DNA from: Chiloscyllium plagiosum
Lineage: Eukaryota
DNA: 64,000 bases
Direction: 5' to 3'
Assembly: GCF_004010195.1 (NCBI RefSeq)
Contig: NC_057752.1
Span: 4,021,872 to 4,085,871, forward strand
Shown here: in pieces, positions 26,323 to 38,900 of the stretch
Layout: each line of letters begins with the position of its first letter
Position numbering within the stretch: position 1 is the first letter of the stretch
Made by a program: the position numbers and the translations under genes
The notes under the pieces: generated by a model
Databases searched by the model: none
What the model was told of the DNA's origin: nothing
What the model saw: the letters and a program-made list of their open reading frames with translations, nothing else

Positions 26323-28194
26323 AATCTTTTTAAAGTTCCTGATATTTTAGATTCCACCTTACTCCATTGTGTATGTTTCAATTTACTGTAAAATGTGTAA
26401 AATTCAAAAATGAAATGTGAAGAATTTGTCAGTTTTTAACTTTAAGGTTTGCTCTCTATAAGAAAACTTAAATGTGACTGGCTGCTTACCCTGCCTAGTG
26501 CTAACCCTGCTATCAGAAGCTTAGAAATTCCCTTGATGTCAGGCAAGGGGAAAACCATGTAGCAGAGGTAGCTTGATTTTTGGAAGCAGCTTCCTTCAAG
26601 AGCAGTGGTTAATGCAATCACTTTGCTGCCCACCAAGAAATTCAATCTCATGAAATGATTTGGACCCAACTTCGTCTCAATGCTGGAGTCTATATATACA
26701 AAAACTGCAGCCACTACTCACCACAAGGTGTCACCAATGTGCCATTTTTGTCTCAAAAGGTGAGTCATACATGGAAAGGTCCTTGTCACAAAGCCTTTGT
26801 TCACTGCCAAATTTCACCAAACCAACCTGTCAGATCTTATGCACAACCTCTTTGTTATCGAATAATTGATGACTAAATGTGATACTGTCTTCGCTATTCA
26901 CATGGGAAACTATTGTTAGATTCAACATTCAATTTGATTTTGCTGCTTTTGCCTTTTCTCTCGTTGCCACCCTTAATCCATAAACTAATTTTCTTTTTCA
27001 AGATTTGTGATCAGCGTTTTTTGCTGATCACAGGCAATACCTTTTGTTGATTTGTTGAAACAGGTGTACAGCTTTTGCAGTGACAACAAGGAAACTGTCA
27101 GGAGATGTCTGTCAGGAGTCTGGGGAGTGGTTGTTAATTTATTTTTTGTTTGACAGACTTATGGCTGCTTTTGGAAGGTCTTTTCAACCCACGCCTAACT
27201 AATTTTTAGTGGGATTTCATAGGAATAAGTCCTGGCCAGTGAGTTAAAGAGAAAAAGATTGCCATTAACTTTTTAATCTACTTCTCCTTCTTCACCACTA
27301 ATTTTTTTTCACTGCCTCAAAATCTTGTCATATGCTGCTGTTCTCTTGTTTTCTCCCTAAACTGACCAATTTGGCTTTTCTTCATGTGTATGCCGAGAGT
27401 GCTTGTATTAGTTGGAAGAAATTACTCAGTAAGTGTGCCAGCATGAACTGAGGAACAGCTCAGCATTAATTAGGAGCACTGTGCTGCCAAGTTAGGCATG
27501 GCTCAATGGATATGATGTCTTGGTTTGGTAAGGTATAGGTTCTAGACCCACTCCAAAGACATGAGAATAGAAATCAGAGTACGATGCCCAGGAGGCTGAA
27601 GTCACAGCTGCCTGTGTTGGTGTGGAGGAGAGAGGGGCATGCACACGAGGTGCTAATCAGAGGAAAAGAGAGTTACAGGTGGATGGCACTTGTGAGGCTA
27701 TTCAAAGTTTGCATGAGGACTGCGAGGTTCCTGGGACACAAACAGCTACAAAGAAACAAGAACAATGGCTACTTTCATTAATAATTACACCACATATTCT
27801 GTTTGCTTCTGTTACAGCTTCATCTGGTATTCTGTATGGAAATTATAAGTGAATACTATATACAAACTGTTATTTCAAAATAGTACAACACTACTAACAC
27901 AAATATTTTGAAATGAAAGTATTGCTGGAGAGGAAGAATAGAGACAAATGAGAACAGGGGAGATTAGCAGATGTGCCTCCCAACTGCTTAGGCTGTCAAC
28001 TCTGGAACTCCTTTGCTTTTCCAAATCTCTTTCTCTCTGTCTCTTGCTTTAAAGAGAAAAACTTTTCATGACCATAGGATGTCCTAGAGTACTTTACAAC
28101 CAATTACAATTATAGGGTATATTTATAACATACATTTCATGTCACACGTTCTCTGGTGTATACAGCCCCTTAGTGCACTATGGCGAGAAGGTCC

Positions 28195-28420
28195 TTTGAG
28201 TGAGCCTTTATGGCAAATGTCCCAAGCTTCAGTGCATCCCGTAGCATGTAGTTGTTGACCTTGCCAGTCTGTAGCATTCACTTGTCGCCAGCTATTTGCG
28301 CTGGTAGCTTCAGATAGACCAAACAGTGTATTTTGCCAAATTGATGCCCCTGCATCATCATTACCTAAATATTTGCAGGAACAGCACAGAAACTAAAATG
28401 CTACCAAATGAGCTCAAGTC
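28195..28420 (-). mobile_element. Decayed Tx1/L1-clade ORF2 C-terminal fragment
   Basis: Minus-strand translation YQRK*LATSECYRLA / NYMLRDALKLGTFAIKA resembles the C-terminus of fish and shark Tx1-type ORF2 (recognised from memory, unverified). Confidence 0.45.
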
Positions 28421-30516
28421 TTCACTGGCATTCAATGATGGCCTCTTTCAGGGCCAACTTTTCCTGATACTCAGTACACCATCAGGCATTCTGGTAATTT
28501 TCTATGTCTACTCAGAATCAGAGCAGCTTTTCTTGTACAGCATTATCCTTTCATTTCCAGTTCCGTAATCCCATTCCAATAATCTCCCTAAATCCCAAAT
28601 TTAGAGGAGTACTTTGTATTGTATCAGAGTGAAATTTTGGACAATCTACACAATGCCAGCCCTTAATCTAAATAATAATCAGTGACAAGCTTAAAATTTT
28701 ATATGCCAGTAATTGTTTAGGCACAAGTCAAGTATTTGATGTGGTTCAAACAGTGATTAAAAGTTCTAATATACATCTGTATCAGCAATCTTCATGATCC
28801 ATTTTAATTATATAGAGATGGGAAATATGAATTAAACCAGTTCAATATTTTCAACAAGAGATGCAAAATGATACTAACCATACACATCAGAAGGCTCTTG
28901 GTTCAATTCCTGCCTCATTCTTGATTCTGAAAGATGCAGACACAGTTCTTTTATTTTTCAAACAATTTCAAATCTTTCATTGGATAAAAATAAATTTGTT
29001 CCACCCTGTCCAAAGTCTGTGTGGTATGTACTGTCAGCTAAGTCTATAAAATTTTGGTGTTCCTTAAAGTGAATAAGATTTACATTGGAAACATTTTCAA
29101 TTTTCATTCTCATTCTTGGTATCGAGTTGTTGCAAAGGAAGTGTTGGATTAAAAGGAATGGCCCCATCATTTCTCACACACAAAAAAACTTTAGACTCAA
29201 TGTCACTTCCATCACCTCAACAGCGTTAGTCCTGTATCTTATTCTGATGTGCTCCTCGAATGAAAATCTCAATTTTGTCTGAGATGCAGGGATCAACTCC
29301 CTATCCCTTAAGAGCTGCAGTTCACAAAAAACTATTCTTTTTTTTAATTAGCAATTGATCTCGCATTAATTTTGTTTGCAGAAAAGAATTCCAAACTTTG
29401 AGTGTCCTTTGTATGTAGAAATATTTCTGAATTTTGCTCCTCGAAAATATGGTTCTTATTTTTAGATTTTGTCTGAGACTCCCAAACTAGCAGTGATAGT
29501 TTCTCTCTATCTACCCTATCAGTTCCTTTTAGTTCTTGAAGTCGCCAATCAGAACATCTTTTAAATTCCAGACAATACAACCCTTGTTTATATAATCTCT
29601 TACATCCCTGTGTAATGTTTAGAGTTCAATGGAAAGTAAATATTATCTCATAGAATGTATATTTCGATTTACTGGCAGTGTTCTGATGTACTCTATCTTT
29701 GAATAGGATTTAGCTTTTAGAACGATGATTTAACTCAAAGGCCTCTTTCACTCTGTAATGCTCTTTAAATTCCATTTAAAATGATACAAAATGTCAGAGC
29801 TGCCACCTTTGGACAAACCTCAGGTGTAAGATTCTCAATCCTCTTCACACTGAAAGCAGGAATTAGATTAAAATGCCAGACTATTCTTGATAGGGGCACA
29901 AGAGGTATCACGCCTTTGCTGTATTCTGAGTTCCCCTCTTGTCACTGCTGTTGTGGCAGCTATGGTAAAAGACCTGAGTCACACACCCTGGTTGTTTCTA
30001 TCGTATCGCTTGGAAAAGGTAATCAAGACATTAGCACTCACTTGGAGCAAGGCTTACTTTTTTTTTAAAAAACTGAAGAATTGCGGATGCTCTAAATTAG
30101 AAACACAAACAGAAATTGCTGGAAAAGCTCAGTAGGTCTGGCAGCATCTGTGGAGAGAAATCAAGAGTTACATTTCAGGTCTGGTGACCGGACCTAAAAC
30201 GTTAACTCTGATTTTTCTTCACAGATGCTGCCAGACCTGCTGAGCTTTTCCAGCAATCTCTGTTTTTATTTGCACACTTTTTTGTTCTGGTTTCAGAATA
30301 CAATGTATATTGAAGTATCTAACTCTTAACATGTATTGAAATCATTTTATCCCTTTGATCACCTGATTCACCCTCTGGCTCCATAATCTTGATGGCTAGG
30401 TGTAACAATATTTTGCCCTTAAGAGAGATTTGTTCTGTGCTGTTTCTCTTGCAGAAGTGTTGCCATAGGAGATGGAATGTCTGCTTCATAAGCAGTGGGC
30501 AAACAGCTTTAAGCAT

Positions 30517-31198
30517 TTAGGGTGTAGGTTTGCTCGCTGAGCTGTAGGTTTGATATCCAGACGTTTCATTACCTGGCTAGGTAACATCATCAGTGGCGAC
30601 CTCTAAGTGAAGCGAAGCTGTTGTCTCCTGCTTTCTATTTATATGTTTGTCCTGGATGAGGTTCCTGGGGTTTGTGGTGATGTCATTTCCTGTTCGTTTT
30701 GAGGGTTTGATAGATGGTATCTAGATCTATGTGTTTGTTTATAGCGTTGTAGTTGGAGTGCCAGGCCTCTAGGAATTCTCTGGCATGTCTTTGTTTAGCC
30801 TGTCCCAGGATAGATGTGTTGTCCCAGTCGAATTGGTGGTTTTTTTCAATCCGTGTGTAGGGCTACGAGGGAGAGAAGGTCGTCCTTTTGTGGCTAGCTG
30901 GTGTTCGTGTATCCTGGTGGCTAACTTTCTTCCTATTTGTCCTACTTAGTGTTTGTGGCAGTCCTTGCATGGAATTTTGTAGATGACGTTGGTTTTGTCC
31001 ATGGGTTGTACTGGGTCTTTTAAGTTTGTTAGTTTTTGTTTGAGAGTGTTGGTGGGTTTGTGTACTACTAGGATTCCGAGTCGCCACTGATGATGTTACC
31101 TAGCCAGGTAATGAAACGTCTGGATATCAAACCTACAGCTCAGCGTGCAAACCTACACCCGAAATCTCAACCTGAGCTACAGACCTTCACAAACCTTG
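30517..31198. mobile_element. PLE fragment with inverted terminal repeats, inserted in the 5' LTR
   Basis: 13-bp TSD cagctttaagcat at 30504-30516 and 31199-31211. GIY-YIG remnant on the minus strand. Opposed hammerhead motifs at 30557-30596(-) and 31084-31123(+). Confidence 0.85.
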
Positions 31199-32725
31199 CA
31201 GCTTTAAGCATCCTGAGTGTTTTTAAATGAGACAAAAGAAGCATGAGTGGGTGGGTTCATACAGACCCAGGGTTTTAGTTTTGCTTCAGTTGGGGTTTTG
31301 GAGTTGGCTGTTGAAGCTTATGGATACAGCTCTTTCCCTGCTGTAGCAAAATACTTGAGTTCTGTCTCTGCTGATAGGTTGTTTAGTTTGGTGTTGCTTC
31401 CTCCTGAACTGGAAGGGAGATAGCATATGAGGAAAATCTGTTGCTGAATTTGCCTTTGCCAAGGGTGTGTTTATTGGATGCTGCTATATTGAAACAGTTG
31501 GTGATTAGTAGTTAAATAACATTATTTTATTAACTATTTCAACAGAGTTAAAGTTATGCCAATTCTTCTTTTTGTTTGTACTTTAACTGTGTTGTAAGAA
31601 TAAGGTGTGTTTTGCTTAAAGCCTAGGGGTGAACCAATCAAATCATATCTGGAATACAGCACTTTACACTTGCCTATAAATAAAATAAAACATTAGGATC
31701 TAGGCCATCTCCTTGATATATTTTGAGAGGATTTGGTCTGATTAATAACAAACTGGGGGCCCATCTGTGATAAAAATCTCTAATTCTAGGTTGGGTTTAG
31801 GATTATTGGACTTGAAGACAGTGAGTGGTGAGTGTTGGTGCTCTCTTTTTGGTTGAATTTGGTTGGTTGAAACAATGTGTGCCTTGTGTAGTAATGGCTT
31901 TTTCAGTCACTAAGAGTTTCCTGGGAATGGAAGAATTCATTTGGGGCAAAGCTTTCGGAATTGGCAGACAAGCTGAAGTTGAGGTTGCCTATGTCAATGA
32001 CAAAAGAGGAGGTAATTGTAGCAATAGCTCAGCATCTACAATCGCCAGGATACAATTAGAATCATTGGAAATGGCTAAAATTCAACTGCAAATGGAGCAG
32101 CTTGCATTAGAGGCAAAAGAAAAGGAAAGAATAGTCCTAGCAGAATAAAGGGATAAAGAGAGAACTTTTAACTTCAGAAGTTAGAAGTGAAAAGTGAAAA
32201 TCGACTTAAAATGGCAGAAGTAAAAGTAGAAGGTGGGAGTGGTGATGAGGACAGTGATGAAGAGCAAACGCATCACAGCCAAAGGCCTAGTGGAGATCTG
32301 TTTAAATATGTCAAAGCATTGCCAAGGTTCGACAAGAAGGATGTAGAAACCTTTTTTTATTTTGTTTGAGAAAGTGGCTAGACAAATTAAATTGCCATTG
32401 GCCATGTAGATATTGAAACAAAGTTGACAGGTAGAGCTAATGAGGTGTTTGTGTCACTATCAGAGGAGGTATCCAGGGAATATGATGGAGCGAAAAATGC
32501 CATCTTAAATATCTATGAACTAGTGCCAGAAACCTACAGACAACATTTCAGGAATCTAAGGAGGGAACCTGATCAAACATACAAAGAATTTGAAAAGATC
32601 AAACAAAGTAACTTTGATAGCTGGATAAGCACATTGAAAATAGATCAGACGTATGACGGTTGTGGAGAGACTTATTTTGGAGGAGTTCAAAAATTCACTT
32701 CCTGAAATAGTGAGAACTCATGTAG

Positions 32726-33074
32726 CATGATGGCTCAGTGGTTAGCACTGCTGCCTCTCAGCGTCAGGGATCCAGTTTTGATTCTACCTTTGGGCGACTG
32801 TGTGGAGTTTACATGTTCTCCCTGTGTCTGCGTGGATTTCCTCTGGGTGCTCCGGTTTCCTCCCACAGTCACAAAGATGTGCAGGTTGGGTGGATTGGCC
32901 ATGCCAAATTGCCTATAAAGTCCAAGGATGTGTAGGTTAGTTGGGTTAGCTATGGGAAACGTGGGGTTACAGTGAGGTGGGGGGGGGGTGTGAGTCTGGG
33001 TGGGATGCTGTTTGGAGCATTGGTGTGGACTTGTTGGGCCGAATGTCCTGCTTTCATACTGTAAGAATTCTATG
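32726..33074 (+). mobile_element. HE1-like SINE inserted in Gmr1-like gag (further copies at ~33866-33950 and ~34304-34612)
   Basis: tggctcagtggttagcactgctgcctc head and conserved core. It interrupts the gag reading VRTHV|EEQ. Confidence 0.85.
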
Positions 33075-35056
33075 AGAAGAGCAGAGAGTTCAAACTGCAA
33101 GATTAGCAGTAGAAATGGCAGATGATTTTGAGTTAGTTCATAAATCAAAGTTTGGCTACTAGCACCAATTTCCATCTGTGAGGGATAGAAATTAGGGAAA
33201 AGCGAAATCCTCAGGTAGTAAAATAAAAGGAGATCTCATTCAAGATAGTAAAGATAGTTTACCACAAATTTTTAAAAAATCAATGGGGGAGGGGAAGAGA
33301 AGTAAAAAAACTTTAGGTGTTTTCACTATAATAATGTAGGCCACACAAAGTCGCAATGTTGGTGGTTTAGAAAAAGCATGGGAAGATGCATGTCAGAAAA
33401 CAGGATAAGCAGTGAGTTTTGTTCAAGTGGTAAAGGAAAGCACAGTGGAAGCTAAAAAGCTGCAAAAGAATGTACAGCCTGGTCAGGAGTTGGTTGAGAA
33501 GAAAGTGCCAGTTCTCTTTAAATAATTTATTTGGTGAGTGATGAGGAGATATATATTTCGGAACGAGTATTGCTAGAAAAGATGAGAATATGTTGAATTG
33601 AAAGTGAGAAGAGCAGTGTTCCATTATATAAAGTGAGGTTGGCGAGTCTGATGAAAAGTGATGTAATAGTAGTAGGAGTAACAAAAAAATTTACCGTTCT
33701 GGAGATAGAATTTATCCTTGGGAATGACATAGCTGGATCACAGGTGGGAGTGATGCTTATTGTGGTGGAAAAGCCAGTGGAAAATCAGACAACTGAGGTA
33801 TCACAAGAAGTATACCCTGGGACTTTTTCCTGACTTTGTGGTAACAAGGTCACAAAGTGGCCTTGGGGTGGCACAGTGGCTCAGTGGTTAGCACTGCTGC
33901 CTCACAGCACCAGGGACCCAGGTTCAATTCCAGCCTCAGGTGACTGTCTATCCCTACATTCTATATCTTCAGTCAAGAGTATCCAGAGGATTGGAACAAA
34001 GGGATTCCATTTGTACTTTTTGCAATTAGGGATGAAACAACTAAATTTAGTACATTTGACTGAGTTTTTGGGCATGAGGAGAGAAGACCACTTAAATTAA
34101 TTGTAGAAAAATTGGTGAGTAGAGTTCACAGAGTCCATATTTGGACTATGTGTCAATGTTAAGGAGAGATTAAATAGAGCGGGTGAGTTGGCTCAGACAG
34201 CATTTAAAAGTAGCACAGCATATTATGAAACGGGAAGCAGATAGATCAAAAATTTGTACAGGTCATTCTGCTCTAATGCGACAGTTGCATTACCCTGTGT
34301 GGGGGGTGGCACAGTGGCTTGGTGGTTAGCACTGCTGCCTCACAGTGCCAGAGACCCAGGTTCAATTCCAGCTTTGGGCGACTGTCTGTGTGGAGTTTGC
34401 ACATTCTCCCTGTGTCTGTGTTGATTTCCTCTGGGTGCTCTCGTTTCCTCCCACAGTCCAAAGATGTGTCAGGTGAATTGGCCATTCTAAATTGCCCAAA
34501 GTGTTTGGTGCATTAGTTAGAGGGAAATGGGTCTGGGTGGGTTACTCTTTGGAGGGTCGGTGTGGATTTGTTAGGCCAAAGGGCCTGTTTCCACACTAGG
34601 GAATCTAATCTACCCAATTTTGCAGTGCACATACACGATCTGCTGATTTTTTAGCCACACACGGAAGGAACATTTGAAGAACAAGTGCAATTGTTCAATC
34701 GACTTCAGGAGGTGGGCTTGATCATAAACCTGGCTAAGAGTGAGTGTGCAAAAGTCCAAGTCATATTCCTAGGCCATATCATTGGATATTGACAGATGGT
34801 CCCATGGGATGTGAAAATAAAGGTTATTAAGGAATTTCCTGTACTGTCAACGAAGAGAGAAGTCGTACAATTCCAGGGACTGAATGGTTTTTATCAAAAA
34901 TGCATACTGACTTTTAACAAGGCAGTTACTCCACTGACTGACCTGTTGAAACAATGCAGAAAATTTCAGTGAATGGAACAGTGTCAGAAAGCATTTGACA
35001 GACTGAAAACTGTGTTGACCACTGCTCCAGTGTTAACAATTATTTATGCAAGGTTG

Positions 35057-36067
35057 GAGAAAGTGAGGTCTGCAGATGCTGGAGATCAAAGTTGAAACTT
35101 TATTGCTGGAACAGCACAGCAGGTCAGGCAGCATCTAGGGAACAGAAGATTCGACGTTTCGGGCACATGCCCTTCTTCAGGAATGAGCAGAGAGTGTTCA
35201 GCAGGAGAAGATAAAAGGTAGGGAGGAGGGACTTGGAGGAGGGGCGTTGGAAATGTGATAGGTGGAAAGAGGTCAGGGTGAGGGTGATAGGTCGGAGTAG
35301 GATGGGGGCGGAGAGGTCAAGAAGAAGACTGCAGGTCAGGAAGGCGGTGCCGGGCTTCCTGACCTGCAGTCTTCTTCTTGTCCTCTCCGCCTCCACCCTA
35401 CTCCGACCTATCACCCTCACCTTGACCTCTTTCCACCTATCACATTTCCAACTCCCCTCCTCCAAGTCCCTCCTCCCTACCTTTTATCTTCTCCTGCTGA
35501 ACACTCTCTGCTCATTCCTGAAGAAGGGCCTGTGCCCGAAACGTCGAATCTCCTGTTCCCTGGATGCTGCCTGACCTGCTGTGCTGTTCCAGCAATAAAG
35601 TTTCAACTTTGATCTCCAGCATCTGCAGATCTCACTTTCTCCTCGAAGATTTCAACCTACTGCGAATCCTCTTACAAGGATGCCTTCCTTGAAGAAGCTC
35701 TCTGCCTCTCTCTACAAAGATCTAACACTCTCTGCTCATTCCTGAAGAAGGGCCTGTGCCCGAAACGTCGAATCTCCTGTTCCCTGGATGCTGCCTGACC
35801 TGCTGTGCTGTTCCAGCAATAAAGTTTCAACTTTGATCTCCAGCATCTGCAGATCTCACTTTCTCCTCGAAGATTTCAACCTACTGCGAATCCTCTTACA
35901 AGGATGCCTTCCTTGAAGAAGCTCTCTGCCTCTCTCTACAAAGATTTCAGTGAGTCCCTAACACTCTCTGCTCATTCCTGAAGAAGGGCCTGTGCCCGAA
36001 ACGTCGAATCTCCTGTTCCCTGGATGCTGCCTGACCTGCTGTGCTGTTCCAGCAATAAAGTTTCAAC
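35057..36067. mobile_element. PLE-derived fold-back plus tandem terminal repeats, inserted in the Gypsy RNase H region
   Basis: ~290-bp inverted arms (35057-35343 vs ~35356-35641, giving mirror-image 113-aa ORFs) followed by tandem units. TSD tttatgcaaggttg at 35043-35056 and 36068-36081. Confidence 0.9.
35514..35549 (+). ncRNA. Minimal type I hammerhead ribozyme motif (identical copies 35738-35773 and 35974-36009; antisense copy 35149-35184)
   Basis: ATTC (stem I)-CTGAAGA-A-GGGC-CTGT-GCCC (stem II)-GAA-ACGT (palindromic stem III)-C|GAAT (stem I). Predicted cleavage after GUC at 35545. Confidence 0.7.
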
Positions 36068-38124
36068 TTTATGCAAGGTTGTTCAAGGTGGCTATTGCTA
36101 CAAGTATTTGGTGGTCGATGCTGTTCCTTGCAAGAAAACAACAACAGTATTGAGAGACCTATTGGATATTTTTACAGAAAGTTGAATATTCATCAAAAGA
36201 AATGTTTCACCATTGAGAAAGAGACCTTGAGTTTGGTGGTGGCGTTGCAACATTTCAACATTTATGTTGCCAGTAATGTATCTGAGGCAATTTCTCAGAT
36301 CATAACCCCTAAACATATCTGGATAAATTTAAGGATAAAAATACATGACAGTTAAGAAGGACTGTTATAGTCATTCAATTTGAAAATTACAGATGTGGCA
36401 GTAGGAGAGAACATAATTGGCGACACATTGTCACAACTTTAATGAAGGAAGACAGAAGTGTTCGGTGGCAGAAGAAATGGACTGAGATTGACTATAGTAT
36501 TAAATGTTTGCATGCTTAGGTTTAGTGTAATGTAAATACGTAATGTAGAGTACTTATAGTGTGAGACTAAGTCTTTGAAAATAAAGCCATCTTTGTATAT
36601 TGATGTTTCTTTTTTTAAGAGGGAAGGTGTGATGTGTCTTTAAAAGTGATTTGTTCTGTGTTGTTTCTCTAGCAGAGAGGTGTTGGCCCAGTGGTGCTGG
36701 AATGTCTGCAGTGGGTAAACAGCTTTAAGCTCCTTAAGAGTTTTTTAAAAATTAGACAAAAGAAGCATGTCTGGGTGGAGTCAGGCTCAAACAGACCCAG
36801 GATTTTAGCTTTGCATTTAGTTGGAGTTTGGAGTTGGCTGTTGAAGTTGATAGATACAAAGCTTGCACTCTGCTGCAACAAAAAGCTTGAGTTCTCTCTC
36901 TGCCTCAAGGTTATTTCTTATGGTGTTCCTTTCACCTGGATTGGAAGGGGGATAGCATGTAAGGAAAATCTGTTTTGCTGAATTTGCCTTTTCCAAAGGT
37001 GTGTTTATGGGATCCTGCATTGGAACAGTTGAAGATTAGTAGTTAAAGGATATATTATTTTATTAAGTAGTTAGTTATGCCAATTCTTCTTTTTTGTTTG
37101 GATTTTAACTGTGGTGTAAACATAAAGTGTGTTTTGCTTAAAGCCAAGTGATGAATGAATCAAATCATATCTAGAATACAGTGCCTTATACTTGCCTATA
37201 AATAAAATAAAAAGTTAGGGTCTAGGTATCTCCTTGATATATTCTGAGGGGGTTTGGTCTGATCATAACACATAAGGTAAAGATGGGTACTGGCTGTGTT
37301 ACAATCTGACCCAGGCATTGTTTCCAAAGTTAGTGCAGTTCCAGATAGATATCCCCAAATCATTAAGCTCCCACTGAGCAGGAACTGGCTCTCCTTCTTT
37401 ACTCACCTGTCCCCTCAGTTGGTTGTAACCAGGTTAACTTAAAAGAGGATTTCTCCCCTGGTGATGCCTTTCTCCCATATCAAATGAATTTATTATTTAA
37501 AAGGAGCCAAGGCTTCCTTGAATTAACCAAAGAATGAATTTATAGCTACAAAGGTGAAGGTAAAGTCATCATACTCCCAGAGAACCATCGAGTTGTTCTC
37601 TCATTAGAGATACAGATGACTGGCAGTGGTTTAACCTGAGGTTGAAAAGGAGGGACCTTCATGGTAACCTCAGTCAATGTGGGAATTGAACCCACACTTG
37701 TTGACATTACTCTGCATTGCAAATCAGTTGCCCACCTATCCCAATGCCTCACTAGTTAATAAATGTGAGATGACATAATAACACAACACAAACACACAAG
37801 CTAGGAATAAGACATGAGTCCAAAAAAATGATGAAATGAATATGGATCAGTTTCTCCAGGTCTTTTGTGAAAGGTAGATCATTGAAAAGTCAATTTTGGG
37901 TTCTTGGCTTTGCGGGTTAGTTGAAATCCTTTTGTTCTGTTTCCTTTGGACAGCAGTTGCTTAGCAGCAATCAAAGTGAGAGAGTTCTTCTTGTCCTTTT
38001 TCCATCAACTGGCTTGCTGGCTAGTTGGCTTCTAGCACTGAGTAACGAAGTTCTTTTACTTGCAACACTGGTCGTTCTTTGACTGTGACTTTTACAGCAT
38101 ACTAGCACTCAAAGCCAGGCTAGT

Positions 38125-38900
38125 ACACACAGAAAATGTGGTACTGGTTACACCTCACAGTAAAGAACCAAATCCAGATGATTCTGGATTTGATAATGAG
38201 AAAGTTCTCAAAAATTGGGATAAATTATTGAGTTACGTTCCAGACGAAAATTGAAATGACCCAAAAGAGTCATTACAATCACAAGAAGTTATATGTGGGA
38301 ATAAACTGGGAACTATTCAACTGGTTATACATGATGTAAACATAGGAAAAGCTAATCCAATTAAGCAACATTCTGAAAGGTTTAACCCTCTAAAATCGGT
38401 ACAGGTTTCAAACAGAGATTGAAAGCATGCTCAGAGATGATATAATCAAAGTGAGTTCTGGCAAATGGAGCTCACCCACAGTGATGGCACTAAAATCAGA
38501 TGGTACCCAATGATTACATGTGGATTATTGCAAAGTCGGTTACGAAATGCAGTTATGAAATCCAATTTGTATGCTCTTCCACATTTGGAAAAGTGTATTG
38601 CGAAGGTGGGGCAAGCAACTTATATTTCTAAGCTGGACTTACTCAGAGGACACTGGAAGAAAGTGAGGACTGCAGATGCTGGAGATCCAAGTCAAAAACT
38701 ATGGCACTGGAAAAGCACAGCAGGTCAGGCAGCATTTCAGGCATAAGCCCTTCATCAAAGCTACCTTTATCTGAAAGGGTGAGGAAATTTTGACTTTCAT
38801 GACACCGAATTGACTTTACCAGTTTAAAGTTATGCCATTTGGTATGAACAATGTGCCAGCCACATTTCAAAGTTGAACCAATAAGGTAATTTGGGGTTAC
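38125..38900 (+). mobile_element. Gypsy (Gmr1-like) RT N-terminal fragment, with a PLE end inserted at ~38657-38758
   Basis: NPIKQH...WSSPTV...LYALPHLEKCIAKVGQATYISKLDLLRGHW...VMPFGM remnants, frameshifted. Confidence 0.8.

Larger units (their letters stand above)
30401..37270 (+). mobile_element. Decayed Gmr1-like Gypsy LTR retrotransposon (5' LTR 30401-31750, 3' LTR 36628-37270)
   Basis: Homologous TGT...ACA LTRs. PBS tgggggcccatctgtgat at 31754-31771 matches 14/18 of the tRNA-Pro PBS TGGGGGCTCGTCCGGGAT. Gag ...LPRFDKKDVETFF...LTGRANEVF...ILNIYELVPETYRQHFRNLRR; protease end FILGNDIAG; integrase end at ~33985-34250; RT/RNase H at 34650-36440 (RPIGYFYRKLNIHQKKCFTIEKETLSLV). PPT aagagggaagg at 36617-36627. 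Confidence 0.9.

Noticed and set aside
28958..29170. 70-aa minus-strand ORF resembling a cytoplasmic tail or terminal exon
   Set aside because: No convincing acceptor and no recognisable homology.
35124..35574. Two nearly identical 113-aa ORFs on opposite strands
   Set aside because: A by-product of the DNA palindrome of PLE non-coding ends, not proteins.
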